NCBI RefSeq assembly: GCF_006345805.1
Contig: NC_043024.1
Span: 18,910,001-18,974,000, forward strand
Length of the DNA: 64,000 nucleotides
Reading direction: 5' to 3'
From: Octopus sinensis
Lineage: Eukaryota
A program made the position numbers and the translations under genes. Within the stretch, counting starts at the first letter, position 1; the number at the start of each line of letters is the position of its first letter. The notes below the pieces were generated by a model. It did no database searches. It was not told where the DNA came from and worked only from the letters and a program-made list of their open reading frames with translations. Positions 62,475 through 64,000 of the stretch are shown piece after piece.

Positions 62475-62591
62475 CATCATCATCACCACCATCATCATCA
62501 TCATCATCATCATCACCATCATCATCACCATCATCATCATCATCATCATCATCACCATCATCATCACCATTATCATCATCACCATCATCAT

Positions 62592-62635
<44 letters not shown>

Positions 62636-63050
62636 CCATCATCATAATCCTCATCATCATCATCATCATCATCACCATCACCATCACCATCATCATCATC
62701 ATCATCATCAATCATCATCATCACCATTATCATCATCACCATCATCATCACCATCATCATCATAATCTCATCATCATCATCATCATCATCATCATAATCA
62801 TCATCATCATCATAATCATCATCATCATCATCATCATCATCACCATCATCATAATCCTCATCATCATCATCATCATCATCACCATCACCATCACCATCAT
62901 CATCATCATCATCATCATCACCATCATCATAATCCTCATCATCATCATCATCATCATCACCATCACCATCACCATCATCATCATCATCATCATCACCATC
63001 ATCATCATCACCATTATCATCATCACCATCATCATCACCATCATCATCAT

Positions 63051-63083
<33 letters not shown>

Positions 63084-63317
63084 AATCATCATCATCATCA
63101 TAATCATCATCATCATCATCATCATCACCATCATCATAATCCTCATCATCATCATCATCATCATCACCATCACCATCACCATCATCATCATCATCATCAT
63201 CACCATCATCATCATCACCATTATCATCATCACCATCATCATCACCATCATCATCATAATCATCATCATCATCATCATCATCATCATAATCATCACCATC
63301 ATCATCACCATCATCAT

Positions 63318-63353
<36 letters not shown>

Positions 63354-63407
63354 CATCATCATCACCACCATCATCATCATCATCATCATCATCACCATCA
63401 TCATCAC

Positions 63408-63457
<50 letters not shown>

Positions 63458-63543
63458 CCACCACCACCATCATCAATTACATCATCATCATCCTTATCAT
63501 GACCATCACCATCATCATCATCATCATCATCATCACTATCATC

Positions 63544-63587
<44 letters not shown>

Positions 63588-63600
63588 TACATCATCATTG
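61880..63600. repeat. ~1.7-kb (CAT)n array with CAC/TAT/AAT/CCT variants
   Basis: Direct inspection. It is the source of the poly-H, poly-M and poly-D pseudo-ORFs. Confidence 0.95.
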
Positions 63601-63669
63601 TTGTCGTTGTCAATAACAACATCCACAACAGCCCAACAGGATGGTCATTGCTGAAACATGTGCAGTCGT

Positions 63670-64000
63670 AGGCGCAGGAGCAGCTGTGTGGTAAGTAGCT
63701 TGTTTACAAACCACATGGTTCCAGGTTCAGTCCCACTGCGTGGTACCATGGGAAAGTGTCTTCTACTATAGCCTCGGGCCGATCAAAGCCTTGTGAGTGG
63801 ATTTGGTAGACGGAAACTGAAAGAAGCCCGTCGTATATATGTATATATATATATATGTATGTATGTGTATGTATATGTTTGTGTTTGTGTGTTTGTCCCC
63901 CTAGCATTGCTTGACAACCGATGCTGGTGTGCTCATGTCCCCGTCACTTAGCGGTTCAGCAAAAGAGACCGATAGAATAAGTACTGGGCTTACAAAGAAT
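63670..64000 (+). mobile_element. OR-like tRNA/CORE SINE running off the window end
   Basis: Matches the window consensus. Confidence 0.9.

Noticed and set aside
61734-63476. Long poly-His, poly-Met and poly-Asp ORFs (also 30329-31077, 32331-32983, 37253-38152, 49956-50614, 59475-59818)
   Set aside because: Trinucleotide microsatellites are stop-free in several frames on both strands. There is no splice or start context and no unique coding sequence.

Overview
Eukaryotic, AT-rich, microsatellite-saturated genomic DNA. The SINE families (tRNA head plus CORE domain, OR-like; tRNA head plus Meta-type domain, OK-like) point to a coleoid cephalopod, most likely Octopus; this is inference, not a database result. 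Almost all long ORFs in the supplied track are artefacts of (TA)n, (CAT)n, (GAT)n, (GA)n and (AAT)n arrays. The window is mostly a patchwork of SINEs, truncated LINEs (RTE, CR1/L2, R4/Dong-like, HERO-like), Penelope-like fragments, decayed Tc1/mariner and maT transposons, and MITE or Helentron-like elements. Manual splice-site scanning found seven small minus-strand exons (57377 to 18529) with canonical GT-AG sites. They join in phase into an open 137-aa ORF that I cannot assign to a family. The most notable observations are (i) at least three families of dispersed elements carrying minimal type-I hammerhead ribozyme motifs, (ii) a perfect 47-bp intronic inverted copy of the first candidate exon, which could form an ADAR or splicing-relevant hairpin, and (iii) repeated tandem reiteration of retroelement ends.
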